DNA of 64,000 nt from an uncultured bacterium (GCA_963705505.1 CAVPJU010000006.1:672001-736000); one strand, 5' to 3'. Positions 1 through 11,003 are shown, counted from the first letter of the stretch. The notes: generated by a model not told the origin, from the sequence alone. Made by a program: numbers and translations.

Positions 1-716
1 CGGCAAAACTCCCTTTGCCTAAAACGGTATTCGCGCACGGCTGGTGGACCGTCGAAGGGGAGAAGATGTCGAAATCCGTCGGCAATGTCGTCGACCCGTA
101 TCAGGTCGCGGATGAGTTCGGGGCGGATGTTTTCAGGTACTTTCTGCTGAGGGAGATACCGTTCGGGCAGGACGGTGACTTCTCGAAAAATGCGATGGTA
201 TCCCGGGTTAACGGCGACCTCGCAAACGGGCTCGGAAACCTGGTGAGCCGCGCGCTCGGCATGATAGAGAGATACCGCGGAGGGAAGATACCGAAGCCGG
301 GCCCTGCCGGCGGGGGCGAAGAAGCGGTTGGGGAAGGTTCACTGTTAGCAATAAAACTGGTAGAAAACGCGCTGGCCGAGACGGCCTTTCATAAGGCGCT
401 CGGTGCGATATGGGATTTTATAGCGCTTGTTAATAAGTACGTTGACGAAGAGGCTCCGTGGGTTCTGGCGAAAGAAAAAAAGGAGGAAAGGCTCGACACG
501 GTGCTCTGGACCGTCTCACGGTCGATAGCTGTTATTTCAATCCTTATTTCTCCTTTTATGCCGGTATCTTCGGAGGAGATATGGAAGAGGCTGGGCTCTC
601 AAGAACCCTTCAATTCCCTCACTCTCTCGAGTTTAAAGGATGGGGGTTTGATAAAGCCCGGTCAGGCCGTGTCCAAGGGGAGCAGCCTCTTTCCGAGATA
701 CGAAGAAAAATCCTGA
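1..716 (+). CDS. metG: Methionyl-tRNA synthetase, C-terminal part (5'-truncated by window edge)
   Basis: HGWW...KMSKS motif, RYFLLREIPFGQDGDFS, DLANGLGNLVSR, NKYVDEEAPW anticodon-binding domain, ends LFPR; no appended tRNA-binding domain. Confidence 0.95.
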   Translation, partial: AKLPLPKTVFAHGWWTVEGEKMSKSVGNVVDPYQVADEFGADVFRYFLLREIPFGQDGDFSKNAMVSRVNGDLANGLGNLVSRALGMIERYRGGKIPKPGPAGGGEEAVGEGSLLAIKLVENALAETAFHKALGAIWDFIALVNKYVDEEAPWVLAKEKKEERLDTVLWTVSRSIAVISILISPFMPVSSEEIWKRLGSQEPFNSLTLSSLKDGGLIKPGQAVSKGSSLFPRYEEKS

Positions 717-880
717 TTATTCTTTCCATTTAGCTATAGATGTAAACTCCGTTCTCATTCGCTACATTCGTAATAAAACCTGTTTTCCTCTTTTATATAT
801 GCATTTTTTTGCACAATTTGGGCAATTTTTGCATTTCCGAGATCCGATAGACCCTTTCCGTCAGCAATTATTTTCTATTA

Positions 881-924
881 TTTCAACCTGTTACGCATAT
901 AAAGGTTCTGGCATATTACTTGCA
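881..924 (+). promoter_or_regulatory. Sigma54 (-24/-12) promoter with upstream IHF-like site for the minor pilin operon
   Basis: TGGCATATTACTTGCA at 909-924 (GG 910-911, GC 922-923, canonical 10-nt spacing); TTTCAACCTGTTA at 881-893 resembles the IHF consensus WATCAANNNNTTR. Confidence 0.75.
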
Positions 925-957
925 CCTTGTAATATGTCCTATCAATATGGGGTAAAT

Positions 958-1665
958 ATGACTGCGCTCGGTAACCAAAAGGGTTTTACATTCACCGAAA
1001 TAATGATTGCGGTAACCATCATGGCTTTAGGATTTCTCGCGATGGCCCAGATGCAGTTTTTATCTATAAGGCAGAGGCAGCAGGCCGAAGAGGGAACAGT
1101 CGGCACGAATCTCCTTGAGTTCGTAGCCGACAGGGACATGGAAGAGGTGAAGAGGGCGCAATTGCTCAACTCCATCGCGTTCATGGAGGCGCAGGCAGGC
1201 AGGCTCGATCCCGGTAATGCTTCTGACCCACATTTACAGTATTGCAGCACCAGCAATTCGAAGAGGATGTGCGACACATGCCCCTGCAATCCTCTGGCTA
1301 AAGTGACTCCCGACCCGAGTCAGGCTCTGCAGGTAACATGCGCAGTCGTAAACGTACATGATTTCGACCCCAAGAAAGTCGTTTTTAAGAGTACGGCGGC
1401 CGGATGCTCCGGCAGTTCGGACGATTCTTTGATAGTAATAAAGCGGGTTACTTCCCAGACGGATAATTCGTCGGAACCTCCCGTGACTACTTTAGACGTA
1501 ACGTACGGCGTTAAAACAAACGAACAGTTCGCGGAAACAGGATTGAATAGTTTGAGCAAGAGGGACACGCTCGTAACGCAGAATATGGTATTCAGCGCTC
1601 ATAAGGAGGACTGGAGTCAGTTTATTCCTAATTGGACCGAGGTAAGTGTTCCGCACGTACCATGA
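958..1665 (+). CDS. pilV: Type IV pilus minor pilin, PilV-like
   Basis: Prepilin motif QKG|FTFTEIMIAVTIMALGFLAMAQMQ; ATG 958 preferred over 799 because the sigma54 promoter lies at 909-924. Confidence 0.8.
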   Translation: MTALGNQKGFTFTEIMIAVTIMALGFLAMAQMQFLSIRQRQQAEEGTVGTNLLEFVADRDMEEVKRAQLLNSIAFMEAQAGRLDPGNASDPHLQYCSTSNSKRMCDTCPCNPLAKVTPDPSQALQVTCAVVNVHDFDPKKVVFKSTAAGCSGSSDDSLIVIKRVTSQTDNSSEPPVTTLDVTYGVKTNEQFAETGLNSLSKRDTLVTQNMVFSAHKEDWSQFIPNWTEVSVPHVP

Positions 1666-1668
1666 CGG

Positions 1669-2922
1669 TTGACGATGAAAAAAGGACCGGAGACTGTGAT
1701 GAATAATAGGGGATTTACAATGATCGAGCTCATGATTGCCGTGTCCATACTGGCAATCATTATCGCGGGCATGACGATCGCTCTCCAGCAGCAGCAGAGA
1801 CAATTCAAAATGACGAAGGAAACGGTTGATGTGGACCAGACGGCAAGGGCGACTCTGAATTTCCTCGCAACTGAGATTAGGAACGCGGGCTCACGGCAGG
1901 GGAAGACATTCGCTGTTCAGTTTTTTAACGGCGGAAGCGAGGGGAATAACCCCTGCACCGTGGATACGAATAAAGCCGGGTCGGCCAACTCTCCCCCCGA
2001 TTGTATCACTTTGTATACGTGGGATATCAACCGCGGTCAGAAAGGAGAGGACTTGCCCTCAGTACCCGGTGTGATCGAAGTAATGCAGAACGATCCGCTC
2101 GTGCTTACCTTGCCGCCGCAGTGGTTCCCCGACGGTGGCAATGTATTAATCGGAGAGACCCAGGAGAATGCGGAAATCCTTCTGGGATTCAGATCCCGGA
2201 CCGCGCTCTGTAATCCCGACAGCACCGTTAACTGCAGCCTGACGCCTGACAAATGTACCGAATGCTCCGTGATTCTTCGCGCCAGCGTTGATGGAGGCGC
2301 AAAGACCGCTACGATCGATTCTGTCGACGATATAAAAGTGCATAACCTTCCGGTATCGTCATTCAGCGGGTTTTCGGATTTTATAAACGGCACGGCCGTG
2401 AACGGTGTGAATTACGGGTTTCTACCGACTTTTTCAGCACTTCCTTCTGAAATGACCATAGTTAATACAAAGACCTTGAGGGTCGACCTCCAAAACAAAT
2501 CGCTCCTATTGCAGCAGAACGGGGGTCAGGCTCAGCCTATCGCAGGCGGAGCGAACTCCCCCGGGATAGTGGATTTGCAGCTTGTATTCAATCTGCAGGA
2601 CCCCGACGGCGGGATTACGAAAGTGGGAGTTCCTCTTGCGGCAAACAACGGCCTCTATCCCGACTTTACGAATACGGCTCTTAACGGCAGGGAGCAGGAT
2701 ATAAGATCGGTCGAGATTTATCTTGTGGTCAAGTCCAAGTTAAAGCCGCGGAAGATCGAGGGCGGCCAGCTCACACAGACAATACCGGCAATGGCAGATG
2801 TGTCGCAGAGGACTGTCGCAGCGCCCTCTACTACCACTAATGAACCCCAGGAAGGGTATACATACCGTATTTTGTCCACGACTGTTTATATGAGGAATCA
2901 CTCAAGGGAGGAGTTCGGTTAA
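1669..2922 (+). CDS. pilW: Type IV pilus minor pilin, PilW-like (start may be 1675 or 1699)
   Basis: NRG|FTMIELMIAVSILAII, EIRNAG motif, IVDLQL, IRSVEIYLVVKS, ends TTVYMRN as in the PilW family. Confidence 0.8.
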   Translation: MTMKKGPETVMNNRGFTMIELMIAVSILAIIIAGMTIALQQQQRQFKMTKETVDVDQTARATLNFLATEIRNAGSRQGKTFAVQFFNGGSEGNNPCTVDTNKAGSANSPPDCITLYTWDINRGQKGEDLPSVPGVIEVMQNDPLVLTLPPQWFPDGGNVLIGETQENAEILLGFRSRTALCNPDSTVNCSLTPDKCTECSVILRASVDGGAKTATIDSVDDIKVHNLPVSSFSGFSDFINGTAVNGVNYGFLPTFSALPSEMTIVNTKTLRVDLQNKSLLLQQNGGQAQPIAGGANSPGIVDLQLVFNLQDPDGGITKVGVPLAANNGLYPDFTNTALNGREQDIRSVEIYLVVKSKLKPRKIEGGQLTQTIPAMADVSQRTVAAPSTTTNEPQEGYTYRILSTTVYMRNHSREEFG

Positions 2923-2926
2923 GTCT

Positions 2927-3586
2927 ATGATAGAGGAAACGGGAAAGATGCAAAAGGAAGAAAGACTAAATATGAAAACGATCTCTCTCAACATGTGCGG
3001 GAATGAAAATGGAGTTGCGATAATACTCGCATTGATAATGCTGCTTGTGATGTCGGTGCTGGCGACTACGGTTTCCTTTAACTCTAATAACGATTTCCAC
3101 GCCATGTCCAATTACAAGCAGGGTCAGGAAGCTTTTCTCGCAGCCGAGGATTGCATTCAGGAGGGGAGGAACAGATTCGAGATCGTGGGGATAGAGGTTC
3201 TGTATTTCCTTCTCCAGAATAAAGGCACAATAAGTCTCTCACAAGGAGGCGCGAACGATCTGCTGGTATTGAACGAAGAGCTCGATAACGGCGCGAAGTG
3301 CAGGTCGGGTCACAGGTTCCTCGACAGCACCACTGCCGGTCCCGGCCAGATCATTGAAATCCCCCCTATTACCAAAACAATACAGAGGCCTCTTAAGAAT
3401 ACGAGTATGTCGACGAGCGCTTCGGGAGGCGCCGGCCTCGTTCCCGTATCTTTTGTCGTGACGGGTAAGGACCAGGGGGACAAGGATTTAAACGACGTGA
3501 AGAACGAGATAAACACCGGGACCGAAATCGCTGTTGGGTTCGAATCTTTTATACCCGGAAACGCGAATCAGATGTACTCGCAGTAA
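2927..3586 (+). CDS. pilX: Type IV pilus minor pilin, PilX-like (start may be 2972)
   Basis: ENG|VAIILALIMLLVMSVL lacking Glu5, followed by AFLAAE, typical of the PilX N-terminus. Confidence 0.8.
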   Translation: MIEETGKMQKEERLNMKTISLNMCGNENGVAIILALIMLLVMSVLATTVSFNSNNDFHAMSNYKQGQEAFLAAEDCIQEGRNRFEIVGIEVLYFLLQNKGTISLSQGGANDLLVLNEELDNGAKCRSGHRFLDSTTAGPGQIIEIPPITKTIQRPLKNTSMSTSASGGAGLVPVSFVVTGKDQGDKDLNDVKNEINTGTEIAVGFESFIPGNANQMYSQ

Positions 3587-3628
3587 TACTGAGCGCATTG
3601 ACTCGTTGTCAGGAGTGATAAGATAGAC

Positions 3629-6600
3629 ATGTCGAGATTCATTACTAGACTTAAGATAGAATTTACACCGCAAAGGATAGCAATATTTTCCTTTATTTTT
3701 AGCTTGCTCCTCGTTACGGGCGCATGGGGAGACCCTATAACTAAAAACGAGGTCGAAGACCTGAACATCGTAATTTCCCAGATCGTCGGCGGCGAGCCCA
3801 ACGTCCTTTTGATAACGGATCTATCGGGATCCATGACAATAGCATCTGGTGGATCACAAGTCGGTACCTGGACTGGGGCTGCGGACGGGGGAGTCCTTAA
3901 TGCATGTGAGACCTACCAATGCGGTGGTATTGGACAATGTAGTAACTTTGTTCAACGATCCCTCGCGGCTGAGTGCGCGGAGAATATTACTAACCTCTCC
4001 GATTGTGGATCCAAATACTGTACCGGCACCCTGGGAACCTGTGACACCCAGGCACAGTTTAATAATTTACTTGCCTGCATACAGAGTAAGGGGACTGTGA
4101 CTCAGACGCAGATAAATAATGTTTTCGATAAGTGGTGCGGAAATAATAACGGTACATATAATCCGCTTAATGACGTGTGCGGTGCGAACGACGGCACTAG
4201 TCCTGACGGAACACAGGAATACGAAGGCGCGGCAGCGGCGTTTGGTTCGCTCGCGAATCTAACCCAGTGTTCGGCTACTTACTGCAGGACCAACAGCGAC
4301 CCTGCCTGTGACCTCTCCTCCGAGTATACGAATTTCCGTAACTGTATGCTCAGTAATCAGACAATAAATGTAAATAAGGTCGAAAACTGCACGGGCGGAA
4401 CTCAAAACTGCCAAGGTAAACCTGCATACGGCACCGCACGATTCGACTCACTCATGAATGTTATTTTCGACTTCCTAGACGCTGACGATTCGCTTGATGC
4501 TGCGAAGTGCGATGACCCCAGCCATTTTTATGATGGGACCAGCAATTCTATAAGTTGTCAGAACTTTATGTTCACACCGTACAGGAATGTCAGGAAATTG
4601 GTGAGAGAAGAAGGGACAAATGCTGAAAAATTACTCCCGATAACGGGAGCCGCCGATACGCCGTTGATAAATCAATTAACAGCCAATGACTGGGACCAGC
4701 TGGGAATTAGGATTCGGCCTATGACATATTCGGGACAGGGGAATTGGAACACGTGTACCAGCAGCAGTACGTTCAGACTCGGTGCGAACGGGTTTGTAAG
4801 CGGGAGCGATGCTAATCTAAGAGACGTATGGACGTTTTACAGAACACAGCAGGGTAGCGGCGGTACACCCTTGGCATGGGTTCTGGGCTTCGACGATAAA
4901 AATACAACAGGTTCACAGAACAGCAACGTAATAGACAACGATGCTATCAGGGCGTTCAAGACCGAGCTAGAGACCGATACTGCAGTCAATTGCAGGCCGG
5001 AGTTCGTGATAATAATAACTGACGGGGAGGATACCTGTTCTGGCGACCCGAACGGTCAAAGCGGTCAAACGTCAGGCAGCCTTACGACCAATGCCAACCG
5101 CAGGAGCTCGATACAGGCAGTGAGCAACCTCAGGACTTTCTACGCGAGAAACTCTGTCCAGAATGGTACGTAATGCGGTTAAGAAAGAGGTCCTCGTCTT
5201 TGTGATTGGTTTGGGAATAACTGACCCCGAAGCCAAAAGGACCTTGAACGCCATGGCCCTTGCGGGTGGTACTCATACTCAAGGAGTAATACAGCACGTG
5301 GGGCCGGACGGAGATGACGTACCCGGATCGGTAAATCTGGACGATACGCAAATATTCCCTCAGGACGCGGCATTTGATGTCTTCAAAAACCTTGCTAAAG
5401 CAAAAGATATAGATACGAGTCCGGCGACGGCCCAGCTTCAGGGTTGTAAAAACACTACCGCAAACAGAAGCGAAAACGGGCAATGCCAGTTCCAGAGTGT
5501 AAACATCTTTAACAATAATTTTTTCAATACGGGCGCTCCCTTTAACGATAGCGATAAGCAGCTTAAGGATTTCGCATTTTTTGTTAACAGCCCCGAGGAG
5601 CTGGCGGCGGCTCTGCACGACATAGCGGGGAAAATAAAGGTTTTCAGCACGTCGGGTGTGTCTCCTACCGCTCCCCAGTCATCAACCGCGGTCGCTTTAA
5701 GAGACCGTATCTTCATGTCGATCCTCACACCTATAACGACGGATAGACTGTGGCAGGGAAGACTCGCTCTTTACGGATTTGTGGATGTACCGGAGAATGA
5801 GGGGAATAAGGAAGTAATAAGAAGGCCTCCGGCCGGCGCTGACCTCGACGACCCCGATGTGGTAAAGGGTCTCGCGATATTCGACGACGATGGCAAGCTT
5901 AACAACAACGCAAAGCAGTTTTTCTGGGATGCCGGGAAGGAGCTGGCCGAGAGGGATATAGTATCATCCGCCCGGAATCTCTATACGGTTAAAGCCCCCG
6001 ATTTGATCGCCGGAGATAATGTCGAGGACCCGCCGTTCAGCGGATCGGATTTCGTGACCTCGGGAAACGTTATAAGGTATAAAGGCCCGCTTGTGAAGCT
6101 CAATGATGAAAACGCTCCCCTTAATCCGGGTCAGTTCGGTATAAGCGACAGCGATGTCGTCAGTCCTATACCTGATTACTGTGTTCCGACAGGCGGCAAC
6201 GCGACGGATTGTGACGGTTCTTCCGGAATTGTTAACTGTACTGATGTGACTACGACCGACTGCAGGACGTGTGTTAAGGAATGTATGAGGGATAAAATTA
6301 TAGACTTTTTAATCGGCAACACGGGCATAGCCACCGTGGGCGACCCGATGGGTTCGCCGTCTTTCGACCCCCAGCCCGCTCAGGACGACGGCGCAGAGCC
6401 CTTTACATCTATGGGATATAACTGCCCTGACCCCGAGGATAGCAACGGAAACGGGGATTTGGGCAGCCTGGATACATGCTCGGTTCGCCTCGGAGACATA
6501 TTCCACTCGAACCCTGTCGTCGTGGGCTCGCCGTCGCCGCTCTTTTTCGATGCGGGATTCCAGCAGTTCGCCGTCAATTTCAAAGACAGGTCAGCGGTAG

Positions 6601-8516
6601 TCTATGTCGGGGCGAACGACGGATTTATCCATGCATTTCATGCGGGCGAGTACAAGGACCCCAATGCTGAGGGAGCGCAGGCTGCGGACAAGACCAATCC
6701 TTTTACTTTGAAAGAGGAGCTATTCCCGTTCTTCGACGAGGGCACAGGGTTTGAGCTTTTCGGAGTCGCGATGCCGACCTATTTGGCGGACTCCCTGGCT
6801 ACACCGTCGAATACGGCTAACTCTCCGGCGAATATCGTGTTTGGCACGCCGGCTCCGCCTGATTACAGGACGGGTGATTTTAAATCGTTCGTGCTCGATA
6901 ATTTCGCCCAAAGGTCGTTCTCGGACGGGTCCCCCATAATCGGGGACGTTTTCATAGACGGCTTTCCCAACGGTATTGAATTGAATGATGATTCGCCGGA
7001 TACATGCGAGGAATCCGTTGATACTCCCGACGGGGAGATCGACCTGTGCGGCAGAGAATGGCATACGGTGCTTCTGGCGGGCTCACAGAATGGAGGCGGG
7101 GCTTACACAGCGCTCGACGTGACCAATCCGGCCTGCGGTGAGAATTGCGGGACAACCGATACTTTACATGAACATATTGAGAACGGCTCGGATACGCTCG
7201 AGTATCCGAAGCATATGTGGACTATTTTCGACAGAGATTTCGGCAATACATGGTCAACTCCCTCTATGGGCAGGATAAGGTTAAAAATTACAGAAGGTGA
7301 TGAGACTAAGACCGCGGACAGGTGGGTAATGTTCGTTGGAGGAGGTCTCGACCCTCTGGATATCGATCCTACTAACGGAGTTAATTTCGGAAATGCTTTT
7401 GTAGTCGTAGATATAAGCACCGGTAAAGAGATATTTAAGTTCCATCCCACACGCCCTATACCGTCCGGTGGTTCGGCGCTTCCGAATGTCAGCGATATGG
7501 TGTGTGATGTGCCGAGCAGGGTGGCTGCGGTGGATATCAATTCCGACGGTTATACGGACCTCGCTTATTTCGGTGATTCATGCGGAAGGATGTGGAGGTT
7601 CGATGTCTCTATGCCGATCGAGGTCGACGGAAGCATTTCTCAAAGCGGACCCGGCGGGAATATGACGATGGTGGCTGAAGACTGGGCCGGACAGATAGCG
7701 TTTTGTGCGAACACCAGCTCGCAATGTTTGACTAGCCAGAATCAACCCAAGGTCCCGACTGCTGACCTTGAACCGATTTATTTTGCTCCGACGATAGTTC
7801 TCGATGACCTGGGGAGACGACACGTGATCTTTGTTACGGGGGACCGGAGGGACCCGAGCAGCACAACTAAATCCGGAAAGCTTTATAATTTCATCGATGA
7901 CTACATACCCGCGTTCCTGGCAGGCGGGACTGCACAAGGCGGTCAGACTATCAAGACCGCCACGACTCTGATTTCTGCAAACCAGGTCATAGATCTTCAA
8001 GCGCAGTCTGGGATCAACGGGCAGTTTATTTCGTCCAAAGGTAACAATTTCAGCTCAACCCAGGGCGAGTTCTTAGTAAGATTCCCTGCTAACCTCGGCA
8101 ATCCGCAGCTCGGTGAAAAGGGGTTCGGCGTGCCCGTCGTTATCAACAGGGTCCTGATATTTACTACTTATGCTCCTGAGGTGGGTTCGGGTAACCCATG
8201 TACCAGCGGCACCGGGTTAGGACGGATATTCGCGCTCGATTTTATAACGGGAGCGTCTGCACTGTCGAGGATTCCGGGAGTCATCCGAAGCGATATACTA
8301 AAAGGCACAGACGCTCAAAAAAGCGCGGCGGCGGGCTCTACTGTCGCTGAGGGTATGCCGACGCCCGCTCAGCTTACGTTCGGTGCCAGGGGCTCGGTGC
8401 TAATGTCCGTAGCGTTTACGGGAGGCCCGGTTGAGGGCGGCTCACAGTTCATCGTCTGGGAGCTTCCGCCGCTTCCCACAAGGACACAGACGCTCTTCTG
8501 GGAAGAAGTGCTTTAA
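3629..8516 (+). CDS. pilY1: PilY1-like adhesin (vWA domain with Cys-rich inserts, C-terminal beta-propeller), split by a +1 frameshift near 5165-5173
   Basis: ORF 3629-5173: signal peptide, PNVLLITDLSGSM (MIDAS), GGTPL, IIITDGED. ORF 5163-8516: VLVFVIGLG...LNAMALAGG, LGDIFHSNPVVVG, VYVGANDGFIHAF, DINSDGYTD Ca loop. Deleting one base fuses them into about 1628 aa. Confidence 0.85.
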
Positions 8517-8531
8517 GGAGAAGGTGTATTA

Positions 8532-9197
8532 ATGAGGCTTTTCCGCAATTCCGAGGGATTCAGTCTTATCGAAGTCCTGGTAGTAATCTCGATCATGGTG
8601 ATCGTTATGGCGATAGGATCGTCCTATATTACGGGCAATTTCGCTAAACGCCGCTCTGTTGACGAGGTGACGAATAACATATCGTCCATGCTTCAGCTCG
8701 GCAAGCTGAAATCCGTGAGGGACGGGGTTGAATACAGGGTCGTTTTAGCTAAATGCAATAACGTAAATCAGACAATCCCCGATTGCCCCAAATGTAATTC
8801 ATTGGCAAGTTATGATGAATACCAGGCCGGGGATAAAGAAATATCGCTTATATTGGAGAGGGGTGACAGCAACATAGATTCCACAGTATGGTGCATACAG
8901 TCGGCTCACACGAAGAGGTTTCAATCCGAGCTCGAACTCGTAGCCTCCGATAATTTATCAGACCCCGATAACCCGCTTAACTTTACTTTCGTCCCCAACG
9001 GGCTGAGGAAAGATTTCGCGACCGATATAAATAATGAGATATTGACTATAAAGCCGGCAAGCGGTTCCAAGATAGAGAATTGCGGGCAGATACAAGTATC
9101 TCCGACGGGGGGCATATCCGTAATCGAGGGCAGATGGAATGGTTCCCAATGCAATCCGATCCTCGATGCAAGCGTATCGCCGACTCCGGGTCCTTAG
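8532..9197 (+). CDS. FimT/FimU-like minor pilin
   Basis: SEG|FSLIEVLVVISIMVIVMAIG, LQLGKLKSVR helix, FTFVPNG, IQVSPTGG; last gene of the pilin cluster. Confidence 0.75.
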   Translation: MRLFRNSEGFSLIEVLVVISIMVIVMAIGSSYITGNFAKRRSVDEVTNNISSMLQLGKLKSVRDGVEYRVVLAKCNNVNQTIPDCPKCNSLASYDEYQAGDKEISLILERGDSNIDSTVWCIQSAHTKRFQSELELVASDNLSDPDNPLNFTFVPNGLRKDFATDINNEILTIKPASGSKIENCGQIQVSPTGGISVIEGRWNGSQCNPILDASVSPTPGP

Positions 9198-9220
9198 ATA
9201 TATAATTACCAGGAGGTAAG

Positions 9221-9487
9221 ATGTTGAAAAGAACACTTATATTGATAGCCGCTCTGTTGTTTAGTTCATTAACTTATCCTGTCTTTGCTGCGGATAATAA
9301 CGGTGAATCTGACAACTCCTCCGCTCAACAGGATAAGAATTCGGATTTTGATGACTGGTACAAACCCGACGACGCCTACCAGCCGGATGATAAGAATCAG
9401 CCGACCGAGAACGTCGTTAGCCCCAATGGCGGCGAGGACGAGCCGAGAGTTGCCCCTCTTGAAGATACACGCCAAAAGGAGCAGTAG
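9221..9487 (+). CDS. Small secreted acidic low-complexity protein
   Basis: AGGAGG RBS, signal peptide ending VFA, D/N/P-rich mature region. Confidence 0.65.
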   Translation: MLKRTLILIAALLFSSLTYPVFAADNNGESDNSSAQQDKNSDFDDWYKPDDAYQPDDKNQPTENVVSPNGGEDEPRVAPLEDTRQKEQ

Positions 9488-9558
9488 CACCGGCTCCGTA
9501 AGAGGGGATCGATGCAGCCCGCTGATTGTTTCTCTTTCTCCGTTCGCATCTCATCAGC

Positions 9559-10638
9559 TCACTTCCTGATGATGTAGTAATAATTTATGGGGTCGTGAGG
9601 GAGCTCCTTAACTTCTACTTGCAAGAACCCTGCTTGTCGGAGCATATCGCACGCAAGCTCTTTCCCCCACATAGCGCCCAATCCTCTTCCGCCCTGTGCG
9701 AGGGACACGGTCATGCAGTGTGTGCATGATACGGTATAGAGAAAAGGTGCCAGAGGGTTATCCATATTTTTATCCACGTGGCTCGAGCCCTTAATATCCT
9801 GCATAAAATAAAAGCCCTCATCTTTTAATGCTCTGTATATATTGGATAAAACGCGGCCGGGGTCTGCCTGGTCGTGCACAGCGTCGAATGTCGTTATGAG
9901 ATCGTATTTTTTCTCGTCGTTGAATTTGGAAACATCTGTTGCTGCAAATGAGATATTGGTCAAACCGTGCTCCCTTGCCTTCGCTCTTCCTCGTTCTATT
10001 GCCTCGGGTAAAAGATCGTAGCCTGTAAATTTGCTGTTCGGATATGTTTTCGCCATCTCCACCAAAGCAAAGCCGCTCCCGCACCCGACGTCTAACGCCT
10101 CGATGCCGGCTTCGAGCTTTTCCTTGATTCCTGGGATGAGCGGGAGGAGATGATCCAAGAGCGGGACGACCACTGTCTGGTTGCTTTCCTCGGACATCAC
10201 CTCGTTGAAACGGTTGTATGCCTCATAAGGGACTCCTCCTCCCTTTTTAAAGCATTCGACCAATTTGTCTTCGACCGAACCCGCTATGGAAAACCACTGT
10301 GTCGTTACCGCGAAATTGTTAGGGGTCGCCTTGCGTGTAAGCCAGGCGGCATGCTCTCCGGGGAGGTGGTATGTCCCGTTCTGCGGGAAGTACTCGACTA
10401 TTCCGCCGGTGACCATCGCACCCAGCCATTCGCGCACGTAGCGCTCGTTAAGTCCGGCTTTTCCGGCGATCTCCGCGCTCGTCGAAGGCTGCAATTCGCC
10501 CATAGCGTCGAATAAGCCGGTCCTGTGCCCGATTGAGATCATTATAGTAAGGGCGCCGTGATTCAGAACAGATATCATTTTTTCTGCGAACTGCTCTGAT
10601 TTAGCCTCATTGATATTGATGTTGCAATTGCTGCACAT
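9559..10638 (-). CDS. Class I SAM-dependent methyltransferase with N-terminal winged helix (Rv2258c-like)
   Basis: GHRTGLF...ERYVREWL, LDVGCGSG, FDAVHDQADP, YTVSCTHCMTVSLA, GLGAMWG; ATG 10638 follows AGGAGG. Confidence 0.85.
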   Translation of the reverse strand: MCSNCNININEAKSEQFAEKMISVLNHGALTIMISIGHRTGLFDAMGELQPSTSAEIAGKAGLNERYVREWLGAMVTGGIVEYFPQNGTYHLPGEHAAWLTRKATPNNFAVTTQWFSIAGSVEDKLVECFKKGGGVPYEAYNRFNEVMSEESNQTVVVPLLDHLLPLIPGIKEKLEAGIEALDVGCGSGFALVEMAKTYPNSKFTGYDLLPEAIERGRAKAREHGLTNISFAATDVSKFNDEKKYDLITTFDAVHDQADPGRVLSNIYRALKDEGFYFMQDIKGSSHVDKNMDNPLAPFLYTVSCTHCMTVSLAQGGRGLGAMWGKELACDMLRQAGFLQVEVKELPHDPINYYYIIRK

Positions 10639-10678
10639 TCTAACATCCCTCCTTGTATGATATAAATTTACAATACAA

Positions 10679-10695
10679 ACAGACTGGTCTGTCAA
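10679..10695 (-). promoter_or_regulatory. Palindromic operator overlapping a TTGACA -35 upstream of the methyltransferase
   Basis: ACAGAC-TG-GTCTGT at 10679-10692; TTGACA on the minus strand at 10690-10695. Confidence 0.5.
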
Positions 10696-10793
10696 GTTGT
10701 ATTTTGGACCCGGACTAAAAGCTATATCGATAGCGATATGCTATGCCGGGGGGGTAGGCAAGGAAATAATCAAGATACGCGCATAATCATGCG

Positions 10794-11003
10794 TCACGCC
10801 ATAAAGGGGCTGTATGGAAATTCGGTCAGTTCCTGATCGTAACGTTTCCGCACGGCCTTGAGTTCGTCCGGATCGGGATCGCCATCGCGGAATAACCTGA
10901 CGAGTTCGCGAAAATATTCGTCCTGCGAACCCGAAGGACTGAGCAAAACCAAAAGCTTGGCTTAGGCCGGTCCATGATTGGTAAAGCCATGATGCACACC
11001 CAT
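10794..11003 (-). pseudogene. Cupin-domain gene remnant (C-terminal half) with internal stop
   Basis: Manual translation: MGVHHGFTNHGPA*AKLLVLLSPSGSQDEYFRELVRLFRDGDPDPDELKAVRKRYDQELTEFPYSPFMA*; in-frame TAA at 10962-10964. Confidence 0.65.

Noticed and set aside
799..957. N-terminal extension of the pilV ORF from ATG 799
   Set aside because: It overlaps the sigma54 promoter and IHF-like site, and the prepilin motif fits a start at 958
5160..5175. Programmed frameshift or phase variation in pilY1
   Set aside because: No homopolymer, slippery heptamer or repeat tract at the site; the same +1 pattern recurs in unrelated genes
10743..10759. CCGGGGGGGTA tract, similar to one at 26199-26213 on the minus strand, as a CsoR/RcnR operator or repeat family
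   Set aside because: Only two short low-complexity matches, without proper flanking inverted repeats
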